From: a virus
Lineage: Duplodnaviria; Caudoviricetes
Length of the DNA stretch: 63,974 bases
Virus record (IMG/VR): IMGVR_UViG_3300029319_000033
Coordinates: 1 to 63,974 of that record
Strand: one strand, 5' to 3'
Shown here: piece by piece, positions 20,129 through 28,747 of the stretch
How positions within the stretch are numbered: position 1 is the first letter of the stretch
Layout: each line of letters opens with the position of its first letter
Made by a program: the position numbers and the translations under genes
The notes under the pieces: model-generated
What the model saw: the letters and a program-made list of their open reading frames with translations, nothing else
What the model was told of the DNA's origin: nothing
Databases searched by the model: none

Positions 20129-20968
20129 TTACTTTAATTGTTTTTCAATATTTGAATAAACTTCCATTCCTTCATCAGTCTTAAACCAAGATGCTAAAGC
20201 TGAATATGGATGTTCATCAAATGGTACAGTCATTAATTTACGACCATTAGATCCCCATAAAAAATTTCTTTGATCTGATGATAATTTTATAATACCAATT
20301 TCAGTAGCTTTTATACCAAAATTTCTTAGTTGCACATTGTCATCATTAACAAGTTCTAAGAAGAGATCTGGGTTTCTTTTAGCATATATTAATAAATCTC
20401 TTTTAAGTTCCTTAGAACTCATCTCTGATACCTTAGATCCAATTTCTACCCTCATTACAGCTTCTGCAATATCTATGTCTAAATTTTTAGCTGCATTTAA
20501 AGCTTCTATTTCCATTTCTAGACTTTCTATTTCATTCTCTGCTTCTTTTACTTTTTCAAATTCTTTATAAACAAGATTTTTATGAGGATGGTACAGTGAT
20601 AGTAGTTTTTGTAGCGTTTGCTTTTCTCTAGGAACTACTAAATATCCATTCCTAAATATGATATGAGATAATCTTTGATCACCTTTCATTTCATCTACAA
20701 AAACAGTTCTTTGATTTTCTGTATATTTTAATTCTCTTTCATAACCTTTTTCTTCATCAAAATAATATATTCCTGAAGATTTTATAGATCTTGATAAGGG
20801 AGTTTTGTTGTTTACAAGATAATAAGTTCTGTCTTTTATTTCCCAATTATCAGTTTTTGTATTTTTTTGTTTTGTAGGTTTTTCTTGAACCATTGGTTCA
20901 TCCATAACCATACTATCTGTATTTTGAACTGCTTTTCTATTAGCAGATCTTGTTTGTTTCTTAGCCAT
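20129..20968 (-). CDS. Conserved capsid-adjacent protein, 279 aa
   Basis: Long ORF immediately after the capsid gene with a (TTATA)n leader; function unknown. Confidence 0.6.
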   Translation of the reverse strand: MAKKQTRSANRKAVQNTDSMVMDEPMVQEKPTKQKNTKTDNWEIKDRTYYLVNNKTPLSRSIKSSGIYYFDEEKGYERELKYTENQRTVFVDEMKGDQRLSHIIFRNGYLVVPREKQTLQKLLSLYHPHKNLVYKEFEKVKEAENEIESLEMEIEALNAAKNLDIDIAEAVMRVEIGSKVSEMSSKELKRDLLIYAKRNPDLFLELVNDDNVQLRNFGIKATEIGIIKLSSDQRNFLWGSNGRKLMTVPFDEHPYSALASWFKTDEGMEVYSNIEKQLK

Positions 20969-20991
20969 AATATAATATAATATAAGTTAAT

Positions 20992-21034
20992 AAAAAATAA
21001 AAAGTAAGGTGTAGAAATAAACTACACCCTACTT
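20992..21034 (-). terminator. Rho-independent terminator after the major capsid gene
   Basis: Minus strand AAGTAGGGTGTAG-N7-CTACACCTTACTT (13 bp, one G.U) followed by TTTATTTTT. Confidence 0.8.
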
Positions 21035-21045
21035 GTAAGTAATAA

Positions 21046-22539
21046 TTACTTCATTAACATGAAGTTATTTGCACCTTGAACAACTAAACATCTTTCAGAT
21101 AAATAGTTGATCTGCATTGCATCCAAATCAGATGTAACTGCTCCAACAGATCCAGTTACAAAAGTTTTCATTTTTCTATCATCAGTTTGAGATGCTCTAT
21201 ATCGAACATGTAAAAATGGTCGTTTTAGATTTTTACCTAACTGTTGATCGTAAACAGAAGATACTCCAGCTGGAACAATTACACCACGAATAGCGTCAGT
21301 TGTTGCTCTGTCATTAATTCCACCTCTTGTAGCTTTGTCATTTAAATATTTAAAATCAGACTTATAAAAATCGTAAGATCCTCTTCTAAATCCTGTAAAT
21401 CCTAAATTCAACGCCATCTCTTCATCGTTACTGAATACTCCATAAGAAGTACCACCAGCACCATAAGAGTTCATTGAAGCAAGCATGTCATCAATAGCAA
21501 GAGATGTGCCTCTATTTACAAATAACATATTTTCTTCAATTGCACCTTGTTTGTCAAATTCTGCTAAAATAGCATCAAACTCAGATAAATCTGTTGAAGC
21601 ATTAACTCCAGTCACACCACTAGTAAGATTACCCCTATCTTCGATAGCAGCAAACAAACCTTCAGTACCAGAATTACTACCTAACGCAGCATACTCAGTG
21701 TCATTAGTACCTCCAGCATCAACAACATGTGAATTAGAATTTGTTTTTTGTGATTCTAAACAAATCATTTCTAAATAATCAGAGAAACGAGCACGAGTAT
21801 CACCTTCAGCTTTTAAATACCAAAGATATCCACTCTGTCCTTCTTCTCCACTAATTTCAACCCAACCTATTTGTGATGAGTCAGATCCTGAAATTTCATA
21901 GTAATCTTTTATAATAACTGGTTTGTTAGTAAAAGACTTATGAGTTGGCTTTGAAGTTTTAGAACTACCAGTTCCAGAACCATAAGATCCTTGACCTGTA
22001 ACACCTTTTGTAAATTCAGAACCAATAACTAACAAAGTAGCATCGCCATCTGCAGTACCAGAAATATCATCCATGTTTTCAGCTTCAAATGGTTGTGCTG
22101 TAATGGCTGAACCATTAACCTTTGTTACATGACATGGGAAAGCAAATCCTGCTATAGCTACTAAAACTACATCATTTAGTCTAACTCCATGATCAGCAAC
22201 TGTAAATCCGTCACCAGATACATTACCATCAATGTCTGTTACTACTGTAAAAATAGACTCAGATACATCAACTGTACCTTTTACTGAAATATGTAATCTA
22301 CCCTGCTCAGACCAAATAACTTGATCAGACGTCATAGATTCCTCTGCTCCTATTTGAGATAAAAAACCAGATATAGTCCTAGTTCCAAATACTTCAGCTT
22401 CTTGTTCCAACAAGTCTGGTACATACTGCTGTGCCCATCCAGCTGTTCCAGAAGCTGTAAAATCAATGTAATTTGAACTTAATGTTTGCTTCTGTGAAGA
22501 AGGCACGCTATTCAAATTACTTCCTGCTGTAATTGCCAT
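21046..22539 (-). CDS. Major capsid protein, 497 aa
   Basis: Follows the scaffold gene and precedes a strong terminator; WSEQGRLH, GSEFTKG, GTEGLFAAIEDRGN, GFTGFRRG, LSERCLVVQGANNF. Confidence 0.85.
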   Translation of the reverse strand: MAITAGSNLNSVPSSQKQTLSSNYIDFTASGTAGWAQQYVPDLLEQEAEVFGTRTISGFLSQIGAEESMTSDQVIWSEQGRLHISVKGTVDVSESIFTVVTDIDGNVSGDGFTVADHGVRLNDVVLVAIAGFAFPCHVTKVNGSAITAQPFEAENMDDISGTADGDATLLVIGSEFTKGVTGQGSYGSGTGSSKTSKPTHKSFTNKPVIIKDYYEISGSDSSQIGWVEISGEEGQSGYLWYLKAEGDTRARFSDYLEMICLESQKTNSNSHVVDAGGTNDTEYAALGSNSGTEGLFAAIEDRGNLTSGVTGVNASTDLSEFDAILAEFDKQGAIEENMLFVNRGTSLAIDDMLASMNSYGAGGTSYGVFSNDEEMALNLGFTGFRRGSYDFYKSDFKYLNDKATRGGINDRATTDAIRGVIVPAGVSSVYDQQLGKNLKRPFLHVRYRASQTDDRKMKTFVTGSVGAVTSDLDAMQINYLSERCLVVQGANNFMLMK

Positions 22540-22567
22540 AATTTTTAATTTTTATTTATGTTTAAAT

Positions 22568-23845
22568 TTATTTTTTATTTTTAAGTTTAAATTTAAAATT
22601 AGCAGAATCATCACTTAACACTTTAACTTTTATACCTCCAGCTTCAACCTCACTATGAGACTGTCTAGAACCCATGTCTATATTTTTAGACTTAGTAACA
22701 CTATCCTTGATAGCATCAGCTTTACCTTGTTCATAGAAATGTTTAGCAACAGCGTCAGGATTCATTGCTGTAAATAAAGATTTATGATAACTCTTAGCAT
22801 CTGACATTTCATTATTTTTATTTAGAAACTTTCTAACAAAATTGTTAATGTCACTTTGAGTTTCTTTTACTTTATTTGCTTCCTTAATATTAAACCTATA
22901 CCTCTTGTCTCCAACATCATATTCAAAACCTTTGAACTGATCACTAAAGACTTCATTAGTTTTATTTAAGAAAACTGTTTTTTGCTTCTCTGCTAATTTT
23001 TGAGACTCTTCAGTCTCTTTGTTATAACGATTAAAAAAATCAATAGCTTTTTGCTGTTCAGGTGCTAACTTAGAACCCATTTTGATTTCTTCATAATATT
23101 TAGACTTTAATCCGTCTAAGTAAACTTTAGCGTTAGCAACTTGCTCTTTAAACGCCAATTTTTTTCTTTTAATATCTTTCTCTTCATCTACTTCTTCATC
23201 GTAAGAAAAAGAGTCTTCCATTAAAAAATTAATTTCTTCACCATTTAGATGTGGCTTTGTTTGTTTGTAATATTCTAATAACAAAAACTTATCATCTAAA
23301 TTGCTGTAATCTTGATTTAGTCTAACATAATCTTCTAGACTTCCTCCAGTTTCTTTCATAAAGTCAACTACCTTTTGTATGTTTTCAGGTAATTCAACTC
23401 CTGTTTCTTTTTGTTCTTGTACAGCTTCTTTAACTTCTTCAGTTAGTTGCTGTGTTTCTTGCTTAACTTCCTCCTCTTTCTTTTCTTCCTCTTCTTCCTT
23501 TATTTCTTCAAGTACAGGTTGTTCTTCTGCCTTCTCTTCTACTTTTTCTTCTTTTTCTTGTCCGGCAGACTCTTCATTTGTTTCTTTGTTGTTTTCTTCT
23601 TGTACCTCTGAAATAGTTTCGGATTCGTTGCTGCTAGAAACCTCATCTGTGCTTTGCTCTTGAACGGCATCTTCTTCTTTTTTGTTTTCTTGTCCTTCTT
23701 CTTCTTTTTGTACAGGCTTGGATAGGTCTATTTTAATAACCTCGTCTTGTATTTTTCTTTTTACAGATTTAGGACGTCTTTTAACTTTTATTTTTTCTTG
23801 AGGTTTTTTCTCAAGAACTTCTTCTTGTATTGTGTTCTCTTCCAT
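22568..23845 (-). CDS. Capsid scaffolding protein, 425 aa
   Basis: Very Glu-rich N-terminal half, helical C-terminal half (HFYEQGKADA); directly upstream of the capsid gene. Confidence 0.75.
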   Translation of the reverse strand: MEENTIQEEVLEKKPQEKIKVKRRPKSVKRKIQDEVIKIDLSKPVQKEEEGQENKKEEDAVQEQSTDEVSSSNESETISEVQEENNKETNEESAGQEKEEKVEEKAEEQPVLEEIKEEEEEKKEEEVKQETQQLTEEVKEAVQEQKETGVELPENIQKVVDFMKETGGSLEDYVRLNQDYSNLDDKFLLLEYYKQTKPHLNGEEINFLMEDSFSYDEEVDEEKDIKRKKLAFKEQVANAKVYLDGLKSKYYEEIKMGSKLAPEQQKAIDFFNRYNKETEESQKLAEKQKTVFLNKTNEVFSDQFKGFEYDVGDKRYRFNIKEANKVKETQSDINNFVRKFLNKNNEMSDAKSYHKSLFTAMNPDAVAKHFYEQGKADAIKDSVTKSKNIDMGSRQSHSEVEAGGIKVKVLSDDSANFKFKLKNKK

Positions 23846-23875
23846 AATATAATATAATATAAATTAAAAAATTGT
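23843..23875. repeat. 33-bp direct repeat, copy 1 (scaffold leader)
   Basis: CATAATATAATATAATATAAATTAAAAAATTGT; 32/33 identical to 25351-25383. Confidence 0.9.
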
Positions 23876-23876
23876 T

Positions 23877-25331
23877 TTATTTTTCTTCTAAGCTTTTTAC
23901 TCTTGCTTCTAAATCTTGAATAGCTTTAGTTAAAACAGGTACTAATTTAGCATATTCTAAAGTAAGTTTATTTTCACTATCTGAACCAACAACTTCAGGA
24001 ACTTCTTTTTGAACTTCCTGTGCAATAAATCCTATCTCTTTTTGAGATCCAAAATTAATTTTATCTTTCCAGTTAAAAGTAATTGGGTTAAGATTTAAAA
24101 CAGAATCTAAACCATAAGGTATTGGTTCTTTATTTTCTTTTAAGCTTTCATCTGAGCTTGAGTTTGTTAAAGTTCCGTTTGCTGTAGAAAATACTGCTCT
24201 ATTCCCACTTCCAGAAAGGCTTTGAATTCTTCCATCACCAACCACATTTAAATTATCCAAACACCTTACTTCAGATGTTGTATTTCCAATCGCAATTAAA
24301 GTCCCAGCAGAGTTTGCAACTTTTAAGTCTATATAATAAGAAGATGCAGGAATTGTTGGATAATTAACAGCGAATCTACTTTTAGTTTGTATGTTAGCAA
24401 CACCTGCATCAATTGTTACTTTAGATGTACCAGGTGCTGTATTACATATAAGTTTTATTCCATCTATTGCTGAAGAATCAGACTGATATTCGGCAGATGA
24501 GTTAAGGATTATTTGCCCATATTTATGTGCTTGAGCAATGGTTAAAAGTCCTTGAGAACTAGCGGTACCTGATGTAATTGTTATATCATCAGTGGCATCT
24601 ACTGTTATGTTATCTGTAGAATTAATATCAAGTAAATTTGTATTTATCTCTACTTCATTTGAACCTCCGTTAATTGTTACCCCACCAGCAACGGTTAATG
24701 ATGCAGAAGCTAGAGTAAGTAAATCAGTGTCAGAAGTACAACCGATTGTGCCAGAGTCTGGTATTTCAATTCCAGAACCAGTTATTGTTAATTCTAAAGT
24801 ATCAGCAACTCCAAAACGCATTTTTTCACCTGCAGAAGTGTGTAGATAAGTTATGAAACCACTAGTGTCATTAGTGGTGTCAGCAAAATAAATATTACCT
24901 CTACTGTCATTACTACTACCTCCACTAGCTGAAACTATTGATATACCAGTATTATTAGAACTAGTGCTACCAAGCACTAAATCATTTCCTGCAGAAGAAT
25001 AACTACCTACAGCAAGTCCTCCAAGACCTAGACTACCTGCAACGGTTAAAACACCATCAGCTAAAGTTAACAAATCATTATCACTAGTATGACCTATTGT
25101 TGTACCATTTACTATAACATTATCTACTGTTAGTGTCGTAAGTGTTCCTAATGATGTGATATTACTTTGTGCTGCACCAGTTACTGTAGCTGCTGTTCCA
25201 GATACGTTACCTGTAACATTACCTGTAAGATTACCAGTTATAGTATTTATAAACGCTGTATTCCAACGCTTTCCTGTTACACCAATTCCACCTTCTCCAT
25301 TGTCGTTAGGTACTATATTTTTTGTTGCCAT
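23877..25331 (-). CDS. Tail fibre/spike with C-terminal peptidase S74 chaperone domain, 484 aa
   Basis: SSDESLKENKEPI..LNPITFNWK..IGFIAQEV..LEYAKLVPVLTKAIQDL. Confidence 0.85.
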   Translation of the reverse strand: MATKNIVPNDNGEGGIGVTGKRWNTAFINTITGNLTGNVTGNVSGTAATVTGAAQSNITSLGTLTTLTVDNVIVNGTTIGHTSDNDLLTLADGVLTVAGSLGLGGLAVGSYSSAGNDLVLGSTSSNNTGISIVSASGGSSNDSRGNIYFADTTNDTSGFITYLHTSAGEKMRFGVADTLELTITGSGIEIPDSGTIGCTSDTDLLTLASASLTVAGGVTINGGSNEVEINTNLLDINSTDNITVDATDDITITSGTASSQGLLTIAQAHKYGQIILNSSAEYQSDSSAIDGIKLICNTAPGTSKVTIDAGVANIQTKSRFAVNYPTIPASSYYIDLKVANSAGTLIAIGNTTSEVRCLDNLNVVGDGRIQSLSGSGNRAVFSTANGTLTNSSSDESLKENKEPIPYGLDSVLNLNPITFNWKDKINFGSQKEIGFIAQEVQKEVPEVVGSDSENKLTLEYAKLVPVLTKAIQDLEARVKSLEEK

Positions 25332-25350
25332 GTTTTATTTTTTTTTATTT

Positions 25351-25383
25351 CATGATATAATATAATATAAATTAAAAAATTGT
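25351..25383. repeat. 33-bp direct repeat, copy 2
   Basis: CATGATATAATATAATATAAATTAAAAAATTGT; on the minus strand its ATG is followed by AAA TAA. Confidence 0.9.
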
Positions 25384-25389
25384 AATCTC

Positions 25390-25674
25390 TTATTGAGCTT
25401 CCTTAAAAGTCTTGTATGCGGTCTTTACATCATCTGTCCATACAACATTTGCTATTGCTTGTACATTAGCTGCTTCACCTGAAATATCAGTGGCTGTATG
25501 CGTCCAACTGTTGTCTTCTGCTTTAGATGAACTAAACGGAACTAATACATGCCTATGAAAAGATCTTGTTAATTCAACGCCATCTTCTTTAACAATAGTA
25601 GCTGTTCTTACTTGAATATTCCAATCTTGAACTACTTCTATTTTATCTACTTTTACTTCTTTTGTTATTGCCAT
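25390..25674 (-). CDS. Tail fibre assembly / accessory protein, 94 aa
   Basis: VDKIEVV..IQVRTATIVKEDGVELTRSFHRHV, a family I recognise as commonly following DDYEEG-type fibre genes. Confidence 0.6.
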   Translation of the reverse strand: MAITKEVKVDKIEVVQDWNIQVRTATIVKEDGVELTRSFHRHVLVPFSSSKAEDNSWTHTATDISGEAANVQAIANVVWTDDVKTAYKTFKEAQ

Positions 25675-25720
25675 AATTTATTTATTTATTTGTCCGCACC
25701 TAGAACCCACTAGATGTATT

Positions 25721-27157
25721 TTAACTTGTTGTAATATACGTTCCTCCTATCATTACAAATGTATCTCCTGATGCTACCCAATTTACATAATTGGTAGTAT
25801 TATCTTGAACAAGACCAACTGAACTTGATCCAGAGGAGATAAATCCATTATTAACTGCTGCACTAAAATTTACACTATGTGAAACTGTTATTACTCCTGT
25901 ATGCCCTGAAGCACTAGCAAAAGGTAGTCCACCTATTGCAGCACTGGATCCACCATTAAGATTTGATATATTTATTTCACCACTGTTATATTGGATATGC
26001 ACCATTTGACCTATTTTAACATATTGTCCGGTAACATTTTCAGGTGCACTTGAACCTGCACCAGTAACAGTTGGATTACTTCCAGTTAAATTTAAAATAG
26101 TAGCTGTAAAAGTACCTTCTTCGTAATCGTCTAAAATAGTATTTGCTGAACCACTTCCACTTGGTGATTCAGCAGCAAAATCAATACCATGCCCTGCTGT
26201 ACCTATTACTAAGTTACCGTCTGCTATCTCTGCATCACCACCAGCTTTAACTTCAAATCTAGTTGCTCCATTTACATAAACTTCGAACGCAGAGTCGCTA
26301 GCACCTGAACCACGATCTAACTGAATAAAATGTGTGCCTGAAACATTAGTACCTGCAAATGATATTCTTGGATTAGTGCTAGATCCAGTGGTTATTGTTA
26401 ATAAACCATATTCTGCAATAGTTAATGCACTCCCTGCATTAGCAGTACCAAAACGCATTGCATCGGTGCTGTGATTATATTCAACATAACCAATACTAGC
26501 ATTATCTGCATCTCCAAATCTTAAACTTGCTGCTGCTGTAGATACAATAGTAATACCACTTTCACTCGCGCCTTTGTCAATAACTATATCATCAGCGTTT
26601 GTTGCAGGTGTTACTGTTGCTGAACTACCAACTTTAACATTTCCTGCAAAAGTTGCATCTTGACTAGTGTCTAAAGTTAATGCTAAATTACCACCACCTG
26701 TTGTAAATTTAACAGCACCAGATTCAGATCTCATTATAAAATCAGTATTAGCTGCACCACTCAATAAAGAAGTACCATTACCTATATAACCTGCAACTGT
26801 ACTAGTATTATAAGCAAACTCAGTGTAACCAGAAGTTGCATTTGTAGTAGCAAAAGTAGTAATATCAGAAGATGAAGATGTTATTGTTGATGTTACATTA
26901 CTTACAGTAAAATTACCATCTACAACAAATCCAACATTAGCTGCTGCTGCAGCTGCATCTACAGTTGTAATTGTAAAAGCTCCATTAGCGGCTGCTGCAA
27001 GAGTAATAGTGTCACTTGCAGATGGCGTAAATACTAAATTAGCTGCTGCATCATTGCCAATATTTAATCCATCTAAATAAGCTGAAGACCAAAATTTACT
27101 TGATGTTCCTAATTGACCTTCACTGTCGGCATTAGGTACTATGTTTTTAGTTGCCAT
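25721..27157 (-). CDS. Tail fibre protein, 478 aa
   Basis: Gly/Ser/Thr beta repeats; GIDF..LDDYEEGTFT..GQYVKIGQMVH C-terminal domain; shares the MATKNIVPN start with 23877-25331. Confidence 0.8.
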   Translation of the reverse strand: MATKNIVPNADSEGQLGTSSKFWSSAYLDGLNIGNDAAANLVFTPSASDTITLAAAANGAFTITTVDAAAAAANVGFVVDGNFTVSNVTSTITSSSSDITTFATTNATSGYTEFAYNTSTVAGYIGNGTSLLSGAANTDFIMRSESGAVKFTTGGGNLALTLDTSQDATFAGNVKVGSSATVTPATNADDIVIDKGASESGITIVSTAAASLRFGDADNASIGYVEYNHSTDAMRFGTANAGSALTIAEYGLLTITTGSSTNPRISFAGTNVSGTHFIQLDRGSGASDSAFEVYVNGATRFEVKAGGDAEIADGNLVIGTAGHGIDFAAESPSGSGSANTILDDYEEGTFTATILNLTGSNPTVTGAGSSAPENVTGQYVKIGQMVHIQYNSGEINISNLNGGSSAAIGGLPFASASGHTGVITVSHSVNFSAAVNNGFISSGSSSVGLVQDNTTNYVNWVASGDTFVMIGGTYITTS

Positions 27158-27167
27158 ATTTTATTTT

Positions 27168-27500
27168 TTATTCACCGATATATTTTCTAACAACAGTTGG
27201 TGTTGCTTTTTCTTGTATTACTTCTTCAATTACACTTTTATAGTGATTTATTTGATCTGTACCAAGATAAGTTTCAACCCAACCAATTACATCAGATTCT
27301 TTCAAAACTGCAAACTCTGTAAAACTAGAAAGATCTGAAGTATCTATTTCTGCAACACCAGTTGTTACTGATGAGTTTTTTTCTGCTGTATCATCTACAC
27401 CTTCTAGCTTCCAATAAACTTTAAATATTACATCTGATTTACCACTTTTTGTTGGGTAGGTATCTACAGTTTTTGTATCCCATGTATATGTTATTGCCAT
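27168..27500 (-). CDS. Tail accessory protein, paralog A, 110 aa
   Basis: ITYTW..SDVI..GVDDT..DTSDLSSF.EF..ES.V..WVE; paralog of 27510-27842. Confidence 0.6.
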   Translation of the reverse strand: MAITYTWDTKTVDTYPTKSGKSDVIFKVYWKLEGVDDTAEKNSSVTTGVAEIDTSDLSSFTEFAVLKESDVIGWVETYLGTDQINHYKSVIEEVIQEKATPTVVRKYIGE

Positions 27501-27509
27501 TTTTTATTT

Positions 27510-27842
27510 TTAATTAGAAAGTTGTTTATTAACTAGTTTAGGAGTTACTTTTTCCTGTATTAATTTTTCTATATCTTGTTTCCATTCATTAAGTCTATCC
27601 GTACCAATCGTACTTTCAACCCAACTAAATACATTTGATTCTGTTACATCTGAAAATTCAATAAAACTAGAAAGATCTGAAGTGTCAAACCCCACTCGGT
27701 GGTAAGATGAAACAGTATTTTGATCTTCAGTATCATCAACTCCTTTTAAATATATATCAACATATTTAATCACATCTGATTTATCATCTTTTGTTGAGAG
27801 TGAACCAACTTTATCTATTTTCCAACTATATGTTATTGACAT
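27510..27842 (-). CDS. Tail accessory protein, paralog B, 110 aa
   Basis: Same length and motifs as 27168-27500; shared DNA AAAACTAGAAAGATCTGAAGT. Confidence 0.6.
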   Translation of the reverse strand: MSITYSWKIDKVGSLSTKDDKSDVIKYVDIYLKGVDDTEDQNTVSSYHRVGFDTSDLSSFIEFSDVTESNVFSWVESTIGTDRLNEWKQDIEKLIQEKVTPKLVNKQLSN

Positions 27843-27870
27843 TGTTTTATTGTTTTATGTTTTATATTTT

Positions 27871-28098
27871 TTATTTAGGTGTTAAATCTCCATTTGAATC
27901 TACATTCCAATAACCTTCTTCACTAGGTGACTCTGCAGGTGTTAGTTCTGTACTAGTTACATCCCAAGAATCACTAAAATCATAAGCAATACCGTCTCTA
28001 GGTGTCAAATCACCACTAACAACATCCCAAACATAATCTTCTATTGCCACTGCAGCAGCACGTGGGAAAGAAGTTAAACTTATTCCTATGCCCGGCAT
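27871..28098 (-). CDS. Small acidic protein with three W-[DN]-V..[DE]LTP repeats, 75 aa
   Basis: WDVVSGDLTP, WDVTSTELTP, WNVDSNGDLTP. Confidence 0.6.
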   Translation of the reverse strand: MPGIGISLTSFPRAAAVAIEDYVWDVVSGDLTPRDGIAYDFSDSWDVTSTELTPAESPSEEGYWNVDSNGDLTPK

Positions 28099-28730
28099 CA
28101 GTATCCAAAGTAACAGATTACACCACCATCAGCATCTGCTTCAGGAGTTATAGTTGTATATCTACCAACTATAGTTAATCCTTTCGGATAAGTTATTCCT
28201 GTAGCATCATTACCACCAGCACCATTGTAGTTATCTAAAAAAACTAAACTTTGACTTGATGGAGTTATTTGAGCACTAAGTTGTAAGGATGTAGTTGTAT
28301 TTGCATAAGCAGTTACAAAAACTCCTTGATTACTGGGTCCACCATATATAGGTATTGGAGTCTCTGAATCAACAGTTATTCCATTATCAATAGTGTCTCC
28401 TTGAGCTATAAGTAAAACATATTGTCCTACCTTAATTTTAGTATCAGCAGAAGCTATGGTTATATTTGCTCCAGCAGCGTATGTTCCATTAGTAACATTA
28501 ACTTCTGTTACTCCATTATAATTAACATGATCTGCTGCTTCTGTTGAAAAAAAGTTTGGTCCTGTAACTCCTAAGTTTTCACTTTTTAAAACAGTAGGAG
28601 TATTATCTGCTAAAAATTGAATTGCAGTTATTACCATACCTTGTGGTGGAACTACAGGTGTTGCTGTTTGACAAGTAACACTACCTAGTTGTCCAAAGTT
28701 ATAAGATGTTCCGGTTGAATTTATACCCAT
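28098..28730 (-). CDS. Putative virion decoration protein, 210 aa
   Basis: Beta-rich ORF after the portal (YNFGQLGS..ITAIQFL..YPKGLTIVGRY..ICYFG). Confidence 0.5.
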   Translation of the reverse strand: MGINSTGTSYNFGQLGSVTCQTATPVVPPQGMVITAIQFLADNTPTVLKSENLGVTGPNFFSTEAADHVNYNGVTEVNVTNGTYAAGANITIASADTKIKVGQYVLLIAQGDTIDNGITVDSETPIPIYGGPSNQGVFVTAYANTTTSLQLSAQITPSSQSLVFLDNYNGAGGNDATGITYPKGLTIVGRYTTITPEADADGGVICYFGY

Positions 28731-28747
28731 TTTATTTTTGTTTTTAT

